From the NCBI GenBank assembly GCA_048938855.1, contig JBHLLT010000003.1, positions 64,001-128,000 of the forward strand: a stretch of 64,000 bases of DNA, read 5' to 3'. Below, in pieces: positions 19,661 to 29,750 of the stretch. The position numbers and the translations under genes are program-made. The notes under the pieces were generated by a model that saw only the letters and a list, made by a program, of their open reading frames with translations, had not been told where the DNA came from and searched no databases. The stretch is from Promethearchaeota archaeon (GTDB taxonomy: Archaea > Asgardarchaeota > Lokiarchaeia > Sigyniarchaeales > SOKP01). Position 1 is the stretch's first letter; every line of letters begins with the position of its first letter.

Positions 19661-20782
19661 TTATACTTCTACTAATGATTCTTTCAATTTGTCTGCTAGT
19701 TTATCTAATTTATTTGCTGTCGCAGAAATTTCTTCCATAGAAGCAGTCTGTTGTTCTGCAGAAGCGCTAATTCCTTCCATAGAGCTCGATACACTCTGTA
19801 TCATATTAATTATTTCATTAATTTCATAATATGAACCTGAAATTGCATTTTTTGAGTTCTCAGCCAACTTTCTGACTTCACTTGCAACTACAGCAAACCC
19901 TCGACCATGTTCACCAGCTCTTCCGGCCTCAATACTCGCGTTTAAAGCTAAAAGATTTGTCTGTTCTGAAATATTGGTAATAATTTGCATTATATTTCTA
20001 ATTTTATTAGAAGCTTCCATAATTCCCTGAGTTATTCTTACTGTATCTTGAGTAGAGCTTGAAATCTCTTCAGAAGCAGCATTTACTTCACTTGCGCTTG
20101 CGGCTAATTCTGTTGCAACATTAGCTACACTTATACTTGTATCAGAAGCAGTATTAAGTACAGTTTTTAATGTAGCATTTGCTTGATGTATTTTGAATTC
20201 AATTATAGCAACCATTCCCATTATTAAATATATTGTGTCCATATAGGTCATAGCGAAATTATTGAATTCAATGGCAGGACCAGTCCCAGAACCACTCATC
20301 ATAGCACCAATTAAACTCATTATCCCTCCTATGAAATTGAGGCAATAAAATGCATGTAATAAAGACTTTTTCTTTAAGTATAGTCGAATTACTAAGACCA
20401 AACATGTTATTAAGAGCGCTAACATCATTATATAGAATCCAAAAGTTATTGCTCCCGTAAGACCTGCTGCTTGTAAGTATTTAGCATTAATTTTTCCCAT
20501 TTTTTTTACTTTAATGAATGTTTGATAATACTCTTTGAAAACAGCATATAGTAATACAAAAGTTCCCGTTGAGAATAGGATCATAGCAACAGGATTTACT
20601 TGATCTCCTGACTCTTGTGGAAAGGCATTTATTATATACCCAATTGTAGTTATTGTACATGATAGAAACCAAAGTTTTAATTCTCTCCTTTTTCTATATG
20701 CCACAAAGAATATTACTGAAGCAACACTCATGATTATAGCGTGTAAAATGTTTATTAAACTGTTGACAGCCATATTTACCAC
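19661..20782 (-). CDS. Methyl-accepting chemotaxis protein-like receptor, tandem paralog
   Basis: Same architecture and length (373 aa); [34 protein letters not shown]. Confidence 0.9.
   Translation of the reverse strand: MVNMAVNSLINILHAIIMSVASVIFFVAYRKRRELKLWFLSCTITTIGYIINAFPQESGDQVNPVAMILFSTGTFVLLYAVFKEYYQTFIKVKKMGKINAKYLQAAGLTGAITFGFYIMMLALLITCLVLVIRLYLKKKSLLHAFYCLNFIGGIMSLIGAMMSGSGTGPAIEFNNFAMTYMDTIYLIMGMVAIIEFKIHQANATLKTVLNTASDTSISVANVATELAASASEVNAASEEISSSTQDTVRITQGIMEASNKIRNIMQIITNISEQTNLLALNASIEAGRAGEHGRGFAVVASEVRKLAENSKNAISGSYYEINEIINMIQSVSSSMEGISASAEQQTASMEEISATANKLDKLADKLKESLVEV
20067..20129. repeat. 63-bp exact direct repeat, copy 2
   Basis: Identical to 18929-18991. Confidence 0.9.
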
Positions 20783-20803
20783 ATATTTGAATTTTAAAAG
20801 TTA

Positions 20804-20828
20804 TATGTAAAAAGAAATTTTTTACATA
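20804..20828. promoter_or_regulatory. Inverted repeat TATGTAAAAA-N5-TTTTTACATA; candidate operator
   Basis: Perfect 10-bp arms in the divergent MCP/kinase intergenic region, with an extra half-site near 20860-20869. Confidence 0.4.
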
Positions 20829-20996
20829 AAAGATGCATAAAATTGTATTTAAATTTATTTTTTTACATATTTTTAAATACTATAATTTAAACAAAAGTTA
20901 TAATAAACATAAACCCATTAGTTATTCTGTTTAGATCATCTTATTTTCATTTTATAATGCAAATTTGTTAAAAAAATCTTTAAGAAGAGATGTAAA

Positions 20997-23249
20997 ATGA
21001 TAGATACAATATCGGATATAAAAGAAATTTATCCTATTTTATTCAATAACTCTCCATTTCATATATCTTTATTTGATCTTGATGGAAATCTGATTGAAAG
21101 TAATAGCAATATCATTACAAAATTAACAGAATATACTAACATAGATTTTAAAGGAAAGCATTTTATCGAAATAGCTAATCATTTTGAGAATGCTAAACAA
21201 ATTAAAAAGTTATTATTAAATAGATTTCGAGACATAAGGGAAGGAAAAATCCTAAATCCTATAGATTTCTTTTTACTAACTAAAGAAGGGAATAGGATTT
21301 GGTTGCGTTGGAATAGTACCGTAATAGATTTAAGAAACCAAAAGCTTGTCCAAGTAATAATTCAAGACATTACCGAACAGAAGTATGCAGAAGAAAAATT
21401 AAAAGAATCTGAAGGCAATTATAGACTAATAACTGAGAATGCAAATGATTTAATAAGAGTGTTGAATGATAAGTTTGAAATTGAATTTGCAAATGAAAAG
21501 GCTCATTATAGAGTATTAGGATATTCAAAAGAAGATTTGCTTGGAAAGAGCGCTATAGTACTTAACCACCCCGAAGACTATACTTCTATTCGACGATATA
21601 TGAGGGAAGTTTTCAAACATGGAGAAGGAACTCATGAATCAAGATTAAGGCATAAAGATGGGAGTTGGATATGGTTTGAAATAAAGTTTAAAATGTTTAC
21701 AGATGAGAAAGGAAATACTAAATATCTAAATTTATCAAGAAATATAACTGAGCGGAAAAAAACAGAACAAAAATTAAAGGAATCAGAAGATAAATTCCGA
21801 AGAATCTTTGAAAGTATTCCAGATTTGTTTTTTCTGGTTTCTGGTGATGGTATCATTTTGGACTATAAAGGTAATGTAGAAGAATTAGATTTTCCTCCAG
21901 AAAATTTTCTTGGAAAGAAGATTATCGAGAGTTTTCCTAAACACATTATTGATCTTAGTTTAACCAGTATTAGGAAAACTTTAGAGACTCATGAACCGCA
22001 AGTTGTCGAATTTGACCTAAAATTAAGCGGAAAAATTCAATACTTTGAAGCCCGTCATCTATATTTTTCTGAAGATGAAGTTTTAGTATTTATTCGAGAT
22101 ATTACTACGCGTAAACAAGCAATACAGGATATTAAAGAATCAGAGGAAAAGTTCAGAAATATTGCTGAACAATCATTTATGGGGATATTAATAGTTCAAG
22201 ATGGAAAAATCAAATATGCTAATAAAACTATATTTCAGATCTCTGGTTATGCTTCTGAAGAAATTTTAAATTGGAATCAAGAAGACCTTCTAAAGAAGAT
22301 ACATTCTGAGGATTCAAAAGCACTCTTTGGGCGCTTACAAAGAAATATTGAAGGTACTATGGGTCCTTTTTCACGTAATACATTTCGAATAATAAATAAA
22401 GATGGGAAAGTAAAATGGCTTGAGGATTACACAAGCAAAATAGAGTATCAGGGAAAACCAGCTAACTTGATTTCTCTTGTCGATATCACAGATAAAATAG
22501 AAGCAGAACAACTTATAATTGAAGAAAATATGAGATTATTAGAACTTCAAGATTTGAGAAAAGATTTAATTACTAGAGTTTCCCACGAGTTGAAAACACC
22601 TATGACTTCTATTAATGGGGCAATTCAGATACTCACTCAACTTTATATGGATGAAATTGGAGAAGAAGCCAGAAAATACGTAGAGATTGGACATAGAGGA
22701 TGTATTAGATTGAAACAGTTAATTGACAACCTATTAGATGTCTCAAGATTAGATGCTAAGAAACTTTCATTAAATCTTCAAAAAGATAACCTCATTGAAC
22801 TAATAATTGACTGTGTGAAAGATATGAATTATTTAGCAACAAATCGTCAGCTTAAAATAAAATTAGATTTACCAAATGAGGCATTTTTAAATATTGACCG
22901 GCTTAGATTCCGACAAGTTCTAACAAATATGATTTCGAATGCCATTAAGAATACACAAAAAAATGGTAAAATCTACATTAGTCTTCTGGATAGTAATGAA
23001 TATATAGAGATTCTAATAAGAGATACTGGAGTTGGATTGACTGAAAAAGAGAAACAGAAGTTATTTGAGAAGTTTGGAAAAATTGAACGATACGGTATGG
23101 ATTTAGGTGTAGACATTGAAGGATCCGGACTTGGATTATTTATTTCAAAAGAAATTGTAGAATTGCATGGGGGACAAATTTTTGTTGAATCCGAAGGAAG
23201 AAACAAAGGTGCTACTTTTACAATTAGACTATTTAAACAGAATAAGTAA
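20997..23249 (+). CDS. Cytoplasmic multi-PAS sensor histidine kinase
   Basis: Four PAS/PAC repeats, H-box VSHELKTP, N-box NMISNAIK, DTGVG and GSGLGL. Confidence 0.95.
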   Translation: MIDTISDIKEIYPILFNNSPFHISLFDLDGNLIESNSNIITKLTEYTNIDFKGKHFIEIANHFENAKQIKKLLLNRFRDIREGKILNPIDFFLLTKEGNRIWLRWNSTVIDLRNQKLVQVIIQDITEQKYAEEKLKESEGNYRLITENANDLIRVLNDKFEIEFANEKAHYRVLGYSKEDLLGKSAIVLNHPEDYTSIRRYMREVFKHGEGTHESRLRHKDGSWIWFEIKFKMFTDEKGNTKYLNLSRNITERKKTEQKLKESEDKFRRIFESIPDLFFLVSGDGIILDYKGNVEELDFPPENFLGKKIIESFPKHIIDLSLTSIRKTLETHEPQVVEFDLKLSGKIQYFEARHLYFSEDEVLVFIRDITTRKQAIQDIKESEEKFRNIAEQSFMGILIVQDGKIKYANKTIFQISGYASEEILNWNQEDLLKKIHSEDSKALFGRLQRNIEGTMGPFSRNTFRIINKDGKVKWLEDYTSKIEYQGKPANLISLVDITDKIEAEQLIIEENMRLLELQDLRKDLITRVSHELKTPMTSINGAIQILTQLYMDEIGEEARKYVEIGHRGCIRLKQLIDNLLDVSRLDAKKLSLNLQKDNLIELIIDCVKDMNYLATNRQLKIKLDLPNEAFLNIDRLRFRQVLTNMISNAIKNTQKNGKIYISLLDSNEYIEILIRDTGVGLTEKEKQKLFEKFGKIERYGMDLGVDIEGSGLGLFISKEIVELHGGQIFVESEGRNKGATFTIRLFKQNK

Positions 23250-23269
23250 CATATCAATTTTATAATGAA

Positions 23270-23680
23270 TTATAAATTACTCATTTTTGAAAAAAGGTTC
23301 AACTTTTTTTTTAAAATCTCAAAAAGAGAGATATCTTTATTCCAATTTATAAAATCTACTATTTTATATAAATTTTCAACCATATCGCATAAAATTTTAG
23401 AAATCTTTATTATAGCTTTGTTTTTAATAAATTCATCAGTTTTCAAAATAATGTTAATTTTTTTTCGGAAACAAGAGGTTACCAAATATTTATAATTCTG
23501 TAGTTTAATTGGATTTAAATTTTTTGAAGGAGAACTTCCAGAAATTAATTTTAGTAGCCCAGCTAATTTATTTATATCAACCCGTTGGTAAATAAAAGAA
23601 TTAGGATTGGAAGGATCTTTTAAAAAATGCACAATTGGCTCCCCATTATCATAAAAAATCCAAAATTCTTCAACAATCAT
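23270..23680 (-). CDS. Longin-like domain protein (putative)
   Basis: 136 aa with an N-terminal strand-turn pattern (EEFWIFYDNGEPIVHF) and C-terminal LY..INWNKDISLF, which resemble Asgard longins. Confidence 0.5.
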   Translation of the reverse strand: MIVEEFWIFYDNGEPIVHFLKDPSNPNSFIYQRVDINKLAGLLKLISGSSPSKNLNPIKLQNYKYLVTSCFRKKINIILKTDEFIKNKAIIKISKILCDMVENLYKIVDFINWNKDISLFEILKKKLNLFSKMSNL

Positions 23681-23715
23681 ATAAAAAATTTTAATTCTTA
23701 ATTTTGTAAAATAAA

Positions 23716-24048
23716 CTACTCTTTTGATGAATATTCCATAAGAATAGTCTTATATGTATTATAAACTAATTTAATTATTATCAAAACGAATATGCCACCA
23801 AAAAAATAAACAAACGCAGTCATAAACGATATAACTTCAGTCCACTCTAAAATCAAAAACATTATATTTAAAAGATAACCCACTAAGAAAATGATTATTA
23901 GTAATTCTCTTAACATCCATTTCTTTGTGACTTTACTCCCTGGAAATAATTTTTTTATTTTCCTAATAATAATCAGACTATAGATAAAAAATATTATTCC
24001 CCCAATAGAACATGTAATATTTATAAAAAAATTCAAACCATATGCCAT
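23716..24048 (-). CDS. Small 3-TM membrane protein
   Basis: 110 aa, three hydrophobic segments, GAGA upstream of the ATG. Confidence 0.6.
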   Translation of the reverse strand: MAYGLNFFINITCSIGGIIFFIYSLIIIRKIKKLFPGSKVTKKWMLRELLIIIFLVGYLLNIMFLILEWTEVISFMTAFVYFFGGIFVLIIIKLVYNTYKTILMEYSSKE

Positions 24049-24135
24049 ATATTCTCACTTATCCTTCATTTAATACATTTATGTAAATTTATAAATGTTA
24101 AATTAGAGGACTCTTTTAAAGGTTTGTTTAATATT

Positions 24136-24360
24136 CTAAAAATCATTTTTATGTTGAATATGTTCACGTGGTATCCATAAGCGCATTTGACTTTTTCCGC
24201 GATTTGCCCAACTATAATATGGAATAAAATGGATATTTCCAGAAATGAGATTTATTCCACTTAAAATATCTTTACAATATTCTGAAGTTAGAGTATCATC
24301 ATCATTTAATGTTAATTTAAATATTGACTCAAAATCATCTGTTAATTCAAAATATTTTGA
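24136..24360 (-). pseudogene. Remnant of a GH127 (beta-L-arabinofuranosidase-like) C-terminus
   Basis: A 74-codon open frame contains FIPYYSWANRGKSQMRLWI. It has an in-frame TAA just upstream and no usable start codon. Confidence 0.7.
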
Positions 24361-24475
24361 TTATTCTAATTAATAAAGCTATATAGATATTTAACTATGA
24401 TAGCTTAAAAGATATATAATTTGTATCTATATGTATGATTTTATAGTTTGTATACAGAAAAAAAGGTAAATCAGT

Positions 24476-25462
24476 ATGATAGAAAAGAATTTCTTACAGT
24501 TTCTCTTTGAAAAAAAAATTGATAAAGACCAAGCAACTGTCTTTATCTCAAGATTGAATGAATTCGATAAATACCTAAAAAAAAATAAGCATGATATAGA
24601 TTCAATCCCTACCGGAGAAATTGGTAAATATTCAAGTAATCTAGTAGAAAAAAATAGCGACCATGTATTGGATTTCCTAAGGGCTTTAATCAATTATGCT
24701 AACTTCGTAAAAAAATATGATTACATAATAGAAATCATCGATATCTCAGAATCTTACAATGCAATGGATAATTTATATGAAAGAATCGCTGAAAAGCATG
24801 GGAAAAGACTAAGGGATGAAATTTTTGAAAATGTCAAAATTCCCCCATTAGGCGTTAATCCCGAGATAAAACCTGAATTCACTAAAGTAATTTTGAAAAG
24901 GTTAGAAGAAAAGATTGGAGAAGACGAAACAATAAACTTATTAAAACCATGTTTGCATGGTCGCCCAGGTTCACTTGAAAAAGATAGGGAGGATTTCTTA
25001 AGATTAAATGATATTGATGAATTTTTGAAACTTAAAAAGCAAGAATTGATTGATAGGCTTCAAGAACACCAAAGAGAGGGTACACTTGAATTTGCGCAAT
25101 ACATTGATACTGATGTAATCGATTTTATAAAAAATACTCCTTCAATTTCTCCTGGCATTAGAGATGGGAAAATAATCATAAGTGCTAAGATGCCTTATCA
25201 AACGAAGAAATATATTGAAGCAAAAGATAATAGAATGAAAGGATTTTATAGTTGCTATTGTCCTTGGGTAAGAGGGGCAATCAAAAATGGTACTGAAAAG
25301 GAAATTTTTCCTCAATTTTGCTATTGTAGTGCTGGATACACTAAAAAATATTGGGATGTTATATTTGATCAACCAACTAACGTAGAACCTATTGAAACAC
25401 CTCTTACGGGTGGTATGTTATGCAAATTTGCTGTGTATATACCAGAAGAATTTCAAAAATAA
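24476..25462 (+). CDS. DUF6144-like Cys-rich protein
   Basis: CYCPWVR, FCYCSAG and GGMLCKFAV motifs. Confidence 0.6.
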   Translation: MIEKNFLQFLFEKKIDKDQATVFISRLNEFDKYLKKNKHDIDSIPTGEIGKYSSNLVEKNSDHVLDFLRALINYANFVKKYDYIIEIIDISESYNAMDNLYERIAEKHGKRLRDEIFENVKIPPLGVNPEIKPEFTKVILKRLEEKIGEDETINLLKPCLHGRPGSLEKDREDFLRLNDIDEFLKLKKQELIDRLQEHQREGTLEFAQYIDTDVIDFIKNTPSISPGIRDGKIIISAKMPYQTKKYIEAKDNRMKGFYSCYCPWVRGAIKNGTEKEIFPQFCYCSAGYTKKYWDVIFDQPTNVEPIETPLTGGMLCKFAVYIPEEFQK

Positions 25463-25494
25463 GTTAAATTTAAAATGATATGGTGTGACCAAAA

Positions 25495-26424
25495 TTGGAA
25501 TTAACATTAGATCAAATTACCTCTATTATGGAAAAAAATTTTCAAGTCCCTTCAGAATTTTCTCTGATGGAGTTAACACCTTTATTGATTGAAAAATTAG
25601 GTAGTATCGAATCTGATATACGCGAAGGATGCTTAGATATTTTATATATGTGGATAATGAATGGAGAATATGATAATTCCACTCTTATTTCACTTGGAGA
25701 TCAACTTATATCACTGATACAGACTGGATTAGCAAAAGAAATATCCGATTCCGTGTTCTTAAGAGCATTTGTGGCATTAGAAGTTGCAAGTATCATATTT
25801 TTTGATGAAAGATGCGAAAATGGAGAAGTTGAAGGAAGAAATGCATTTTTAACATCAGAAATTGTAAAGAGATGGTTCAACACAGCATTAGAATATTATC
25901 AGCAGGAAAAAGATTATAGATCTTATGTAAATGGGAAAGGTTGGGCTCATTCAATTGCTCATGGTGCCGATTTATTCCGGAATTTTGCGAGGCATCGCTT
26001 TATTCAAAAGGAGGAAATTCTCCAAATACTCAAAACTTTTAAACAGAAATTAATTTCACCATCCCCAATAATTTTCAACGGAAAGGAGGAATTAAGAATA
26101 GCATCAGCAGTTTATACGACCCTCCTACGAAATAAACTTGATATTGATGAAATTAATCAATGGCTATCCTCCATAATTAAGCCCTTTAAAGGAAAAAAAT
26201 TCTGGGATTTTGTTAAGGAACCTGAGAAATTGAATGGTTTTTTTCATGCAGAACGTTTCTTAAAAGACTTTTATTTGATGATAAAATTGGGAATCTCACG
26301 AAAAGGCTCACATGCGCACCCTTACTATAATAACCCTCTCCAAAATCGAAATCAATTACTTCAATCACTAGAACAATGCATATTAGAATTAGATAATAAT
26401 TCCTTTTATTATAAACCAGATTAG
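25495..26424 (+). CDS. DUF2785 family protein
   Basis: DSVFLRAF and EKDYRSYVNGKGWAHSIAHGAD motifs. Confidence 0.85.
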   Translation: MELTLDQITSIMEKNFQVPSEFSLMELTPLLIEKLGSIESDIREGCLDILYMWIMNGEYDNSTLISLGDQLISLIQTGLAKEISDSVFLRAFVALEVASIIFFDERCENGEVEGRNAFLTSEIVKRWFNTALEYYQQEKDYRSYVNGKGWAHSIAHGADLFRNFARHRFIQKEEILQILKTFKQKLISPSPIIFNGKEELRIASAVYTTLLRNKLDIDEINQWLSSIIKPFKGKKFWDFVKEPEKLNGFFHAERFLKDFYLMIKLGISRKGSHAHPYYNNPLQNRNQLLQSLEQCILELDNNSFYYKPD

Positions 26425-26566
26425 TGAAAAATGCAATACATACTCAAAAATCAATTTGTTTAAAAAGTGATTAAGTAATCTAACTTAGCAGATTATTTTC
26501 CTATTTCAACATAAATCATCCTTATATTTTCAAAAAATTGAAATTGAGCTATATATTTTTAAAGGT

Positions 26567-27841
26567 ATGGAATTTCGAAAAGGCTATAGCGCAAAAGTTG
26601 ATGATCGTTTCAGCATTCACATTGCTAATGATAGTGAAGAAGAATTAAAAGCTATAGTTAATTTAAGTATGAAGGTTCATCAAGAGGAATTATTAATAAC
26701 ATACATTCCACGCATATTTTTAGAACATCCGAGAAAAAGTGAGACTTTTTGGTTGTATATTAAGGATGATAAAGAAAACAAAATAATTTCTTTAATATGT
26801 CTATCTCCTTTAGAATGGCAAATTGAAGACAATTCATTACCAGTATGTGAAATGGAGTTTGTTGGAACTCTTCAAGAATATAGGGAAAAAGGCTTTATTA
26901 AAATTTTAAACGATCTTTATGAAAAATTAATGAACCAAAATGGCTATATTCTTTCAGTTATTAGAGGGATTCCATATTTTTATCGTAATTTAGGATATGA
27001 ATATGTTTCTTCTCTCGATGAGAGAATAAAAATTCCAGCATCTAAAATCCCTAATAAAAAATATGAAAATTTAGTTATAAGACTAGCCAATTCTAATGAT
27101 GTCCTTTCTTTTATTAAATCTAAATATGATCAATTCCAGGAAAACTTTTATATCTTTAATAGATTTGATCCAGAATGTTTTAAATTTAAATATATAAATG
27201 AAAAATTTGACTCAGAAGTTCGTTCCACATATATTTTTGATGAAGCTGGTGTCGCTAAGAATTACTTTTCTGTTGGAATGAGCTATGATAATCAAAATTA
27301 TGAGATAATTTGTTCTTTCTTAACAGAAAAAGAAATGACAAGCTTGCTTCAATTCATTAAATCTATAGGAAATTATAACGGAAATGATATCATTACTCTT
27401 AGTATTAGCGAACATTCACCACTTTTTAAATATCTCAAATCTTTAGGAGGAGAGATGGTTTCAAGTTATGGATGGCAAGTAAAAATTCCAAATTTAATAA
27501 ATTTTTTTACTCTAATAAGAAACATACTTGAAAAGAGAATAAAAGATTCTGAATTTAAGGGATTAACTAAAACTATTAGGATTAGTAATTATAATGACAC
27601 TATAGTATTGGAATTTATTAAAGGAAAAATCGAGAATATTGAGATTGAAAAAGAGTATCCAGACCCTAAAATTACTGATCTTATGATTCCAGGAACTCTT
27701 TTATTTAAACTAATATTGGGAGATAGAGCCATTGATGAAATAAATTATATCTTTAAAGATACAATAGTAAATACTTCATCAAAATTAATCATTGAAACGA
27801 TGTTTCCAAAAAAAATAAGTCTTTTCAGTTCATATATCTAA
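26567..27841 (+). CDS. GNAT acetyltransferase, Eis-like multidomain
   Basis: FVGTLQEYREKGF and GIPYFYRNLGYEY motifs, with an SCP2-like C-terminus. Confidence 0.75.
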   Translation: MEFRKGYSAKVDDRFSIHIANDSEEELKAIVNLSMKVHQEELLITYIPRIFLEHPRKSETFWLYIKDDKENKIISLICLSPLEWQIEDNSLPVCEMEFVGTLQEYREKGFIKILNDLYEKLMNQNGYILSVIRGIPYFYRNLGYEYVSSLDERIKIPASKIPNKKYENLVIRLANSNDVLSFIKSKYDQFQENFYIFNRFDPECFKFKYINEKFDSEVRSTYIFDEAGVAKNYFSVGMSYDNQNYEIICSFLTEKEMTSLLQFIKSIGNYNGNDIITLSISEHSPLFKYLKSLGGEMVSSYGWQVKIPNLINFFTLIRNILEKRIKDSEFKGLTKTIRISNYNDTIVLEFIKGKIENIEIEKEYPDPKITDLMIPGTLLFKLILGDRAIDEINYIFKDTIVNTSSKLIIETMFPKKISLFSSYI

Positions 27842-27950
27842 AAACTGTATAGTTTAATTTTTTACAAAAGAAAAATAATTGATTATTTTGAAATTATTTA
27901 TTAATTGTTTTATATAAATAAAAAAATTAGATTAAAAAAAATACAAATAT

Positions 27951-29090
27951 CTAGGTTTTTTCTAATTCCATTTTCGCTATCGCTTTCCCAGATCGGAATG
28001 GTATATCTTCTACTGACATTCCTGCCTCATAATTAAACTTCTTTTTGAATGCTTCGTTTAATGATTGAAAATATAACGAAAGTGGTAAATTCTGAGGACA
28101 ATTATTATCACAGTTTCCACATTCTACACATCTATCAGCATCGTGAGCTACTCTTGTTAATTGATATGTAGCTGTATCAATAGTTTTATCTTTTCTCTTT
28201 TTCATAAGAATACAATCTACACAATAGCAGACTGGGCAACCTCTTATACAGGTATTACACATAGTACATTTAAGAAGCTCTGCCATTTTTTCTTCTTGTG
28301 AGAGTTTATCCCATTCTTCCAGATCTTTTGCTCGTTTTTCTTTTGCTTTCTCAATGATTTCGTTATACTTATCTAAATGAGCTTTTTTCTCCTTATCTGG
28401 AAGTGCTTTTGTTTTAATTCCTGATTTTTTTAGAATTTCACTTCCTTTATCAGAATACACCTTTAAAATGATCTCATCTGAATCAATTGGAATAGCTAAG
28501 TCGCTTACAGTTAAATCAGCGACAACCGGAATTTTTCGATAGCATCTTAAACAATTCTCAGCAACACTAAAATTAAGTTCTTTTGTTTTTCCATCTTCCA
28601 TCTTCACAATTAGACCGTTATCCCCCACTTTTTCTTTGACAATCTTTGTAGCGTCAATATCCTTGATGGATCTCATTTCTCTTGCAGCTTTAGGAAGCAT
28701 ACCTCTATCCTCAATACCAATTACAAAAAGATTATCGAGATTTACTTGTTTTATTTTAGCAAGTTCAATTAATGCTCTTGTATCACACGGTCGTGCAATA
28801 AGACCTACTTTCTCGTGCATTGCTCCTGCTACAGATTTATGTAAATATTTTGAAGCAGAATCTGTTCTTGCATACCCAAATGCAATTAATGGGGTTAATG
28901 GAAAATCCTTTAGATCTTCCTCTTTTTCCACTAGTTGGGGTTGAACAGTAAATCTGTCTATACTTCCTGATTTCTTATCAACCCTTAATTGAGCACCTAT
29001 TATTTTATCCACTGCTTTTTCTTTTAATAAAGTCGCTAAGATTTTAGTAAAATCTTCAATCTTTATTAAATATTCTGCCATTGCTTCCAT
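27951..29090 (-). CDS. FrhB/FdhB-family (F420 hydrogenase/formate dehydrogenase beta-like) Fe-S protein
   Basis: ARPCDTRAL and NCLRC, plus C-terminal CTMCNTCIRGCPVCYC and CVECGNCDNNCP. Confidence 0.8.
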   Translation of the reverse strand: MEAMAEYLIKIEDFTKILATLLKEKAVDKIIGAQLRVDKKSGSIDRFTVQPQLVEKEEDLKDFPLTPLIAFGYARTDSASKYLHKSVAGAMHEKVGLIARPCDTRALIELAKIKQVNLDNLFVIGIEDRGMLPKAAREMRSIKDIDATKIVKEKVGDNGLIVKMEDGKTKELNFSVAENCLRCYRKIPVVADLTVSDLAIPIDSDEIILKVYSDKGSEILKKSGIKTKALPDKEKKAHLDKYNEIIEKAKEKRAKDLEEWDKLSQEEKMAELLKCTMCNTCIRGCPVCYCVDCILMKKRKDKTIDTATYQLTRVAHDADRCVECGNCDNNCPQNLPLSLYFQSLNEAFKKKFNYEAGMSVEDIPFRSGKAIAKMELEKT

Positions 29091-29196
29091 GTAATCCCAA
29101 CTCTAACTTTAGATTAACCAAATAATTTTTTTTTTATTTTTACAAATTTTATGAAAAAAATTTTCAAATTTTTATTATATTCTAACAAACTTTTTT

Positions 29197-29272
29197 AATG
29201 TGTTATATGGTGCACCCATTTCTTCAACTGAGTTCTCATTTTTTTTAACTCAGTCTCATTAGGAAACACATT
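29197..29272 (-). promoter_or_regulatory. SECIS element, eukaryote-like (lokiSECIS type), in the 3' UTR of mvhD
   Basis: The minus-strand RNA reads AUGA-GACUGAGUU-AAAAAAAAUGAG-AACUCAGUU-GAA. This gives an AUGA/GA core, a 9-bp helix, an A-rich apical loop and an outer helix AAUGUGUU/AACACAUU. The core starts ~20 nt after the mvhD stop. Confidence 0.85.
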
Positions 29273-29279
29273 GATTTAT

Positions 29280-29738
29280 TTAAGCCTCAGCTTTCGCTTG
29301 AGCTTTTCCTTTCTTAGGTGTGCCTTTTGTACGTAAGGGACTTGGTCCTAATTTACGTATTGTCTTATCGATTTCAATTGCTTCATTTTGAAATTTCTGA
29401 CCTTCGGCTGCAGTACAGTAGATCATTTTTAATCTATCCGGGCTTATCCCAATAACTTTTAGTATTTCTTTAAGATATTCAACTTGCCTATAAGCATGGT
29501 AATTACCAGTCTCATAATCGCATTCGCCAGGGTATCAAGCGTTAATTACAACTCCGTCAGCACCTCTTCCAAATGCTCGCAATACAAGGTCAGGACCTAC
29601 ACGACCAGAGCAAGGTACTAAAACATTTCTAATACTGTCTGGATATTGAGCCCGAATAGTACCTGCCATATCTGCAGAGCCGTACCCTCATTTCCAGCAA
29701 GCAAATACAATAATTTTAATATCATTATCTTCTGCCAT
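29280..29738 (-). CDS. mvhD: MvhD/VhuD [2Fe-2S] subunit; selenoprotein with 2 Sec (152 aa; not in the ORF track)
   Basis: Translates as MAEDNDIKIIVFACWK(U)GYGSADMAG...VPCSGRV...GADGVVINA(U)YPGECDYETGN...YCTAAEG...LGPSP. UGA at 29688-29690 (residue 17) and 29535-29537 (residue 68), both conserved Cys/Sec sites. Confidence 0.93.
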
Positions 29739-29750
29739 TTTCTTCCCTCT

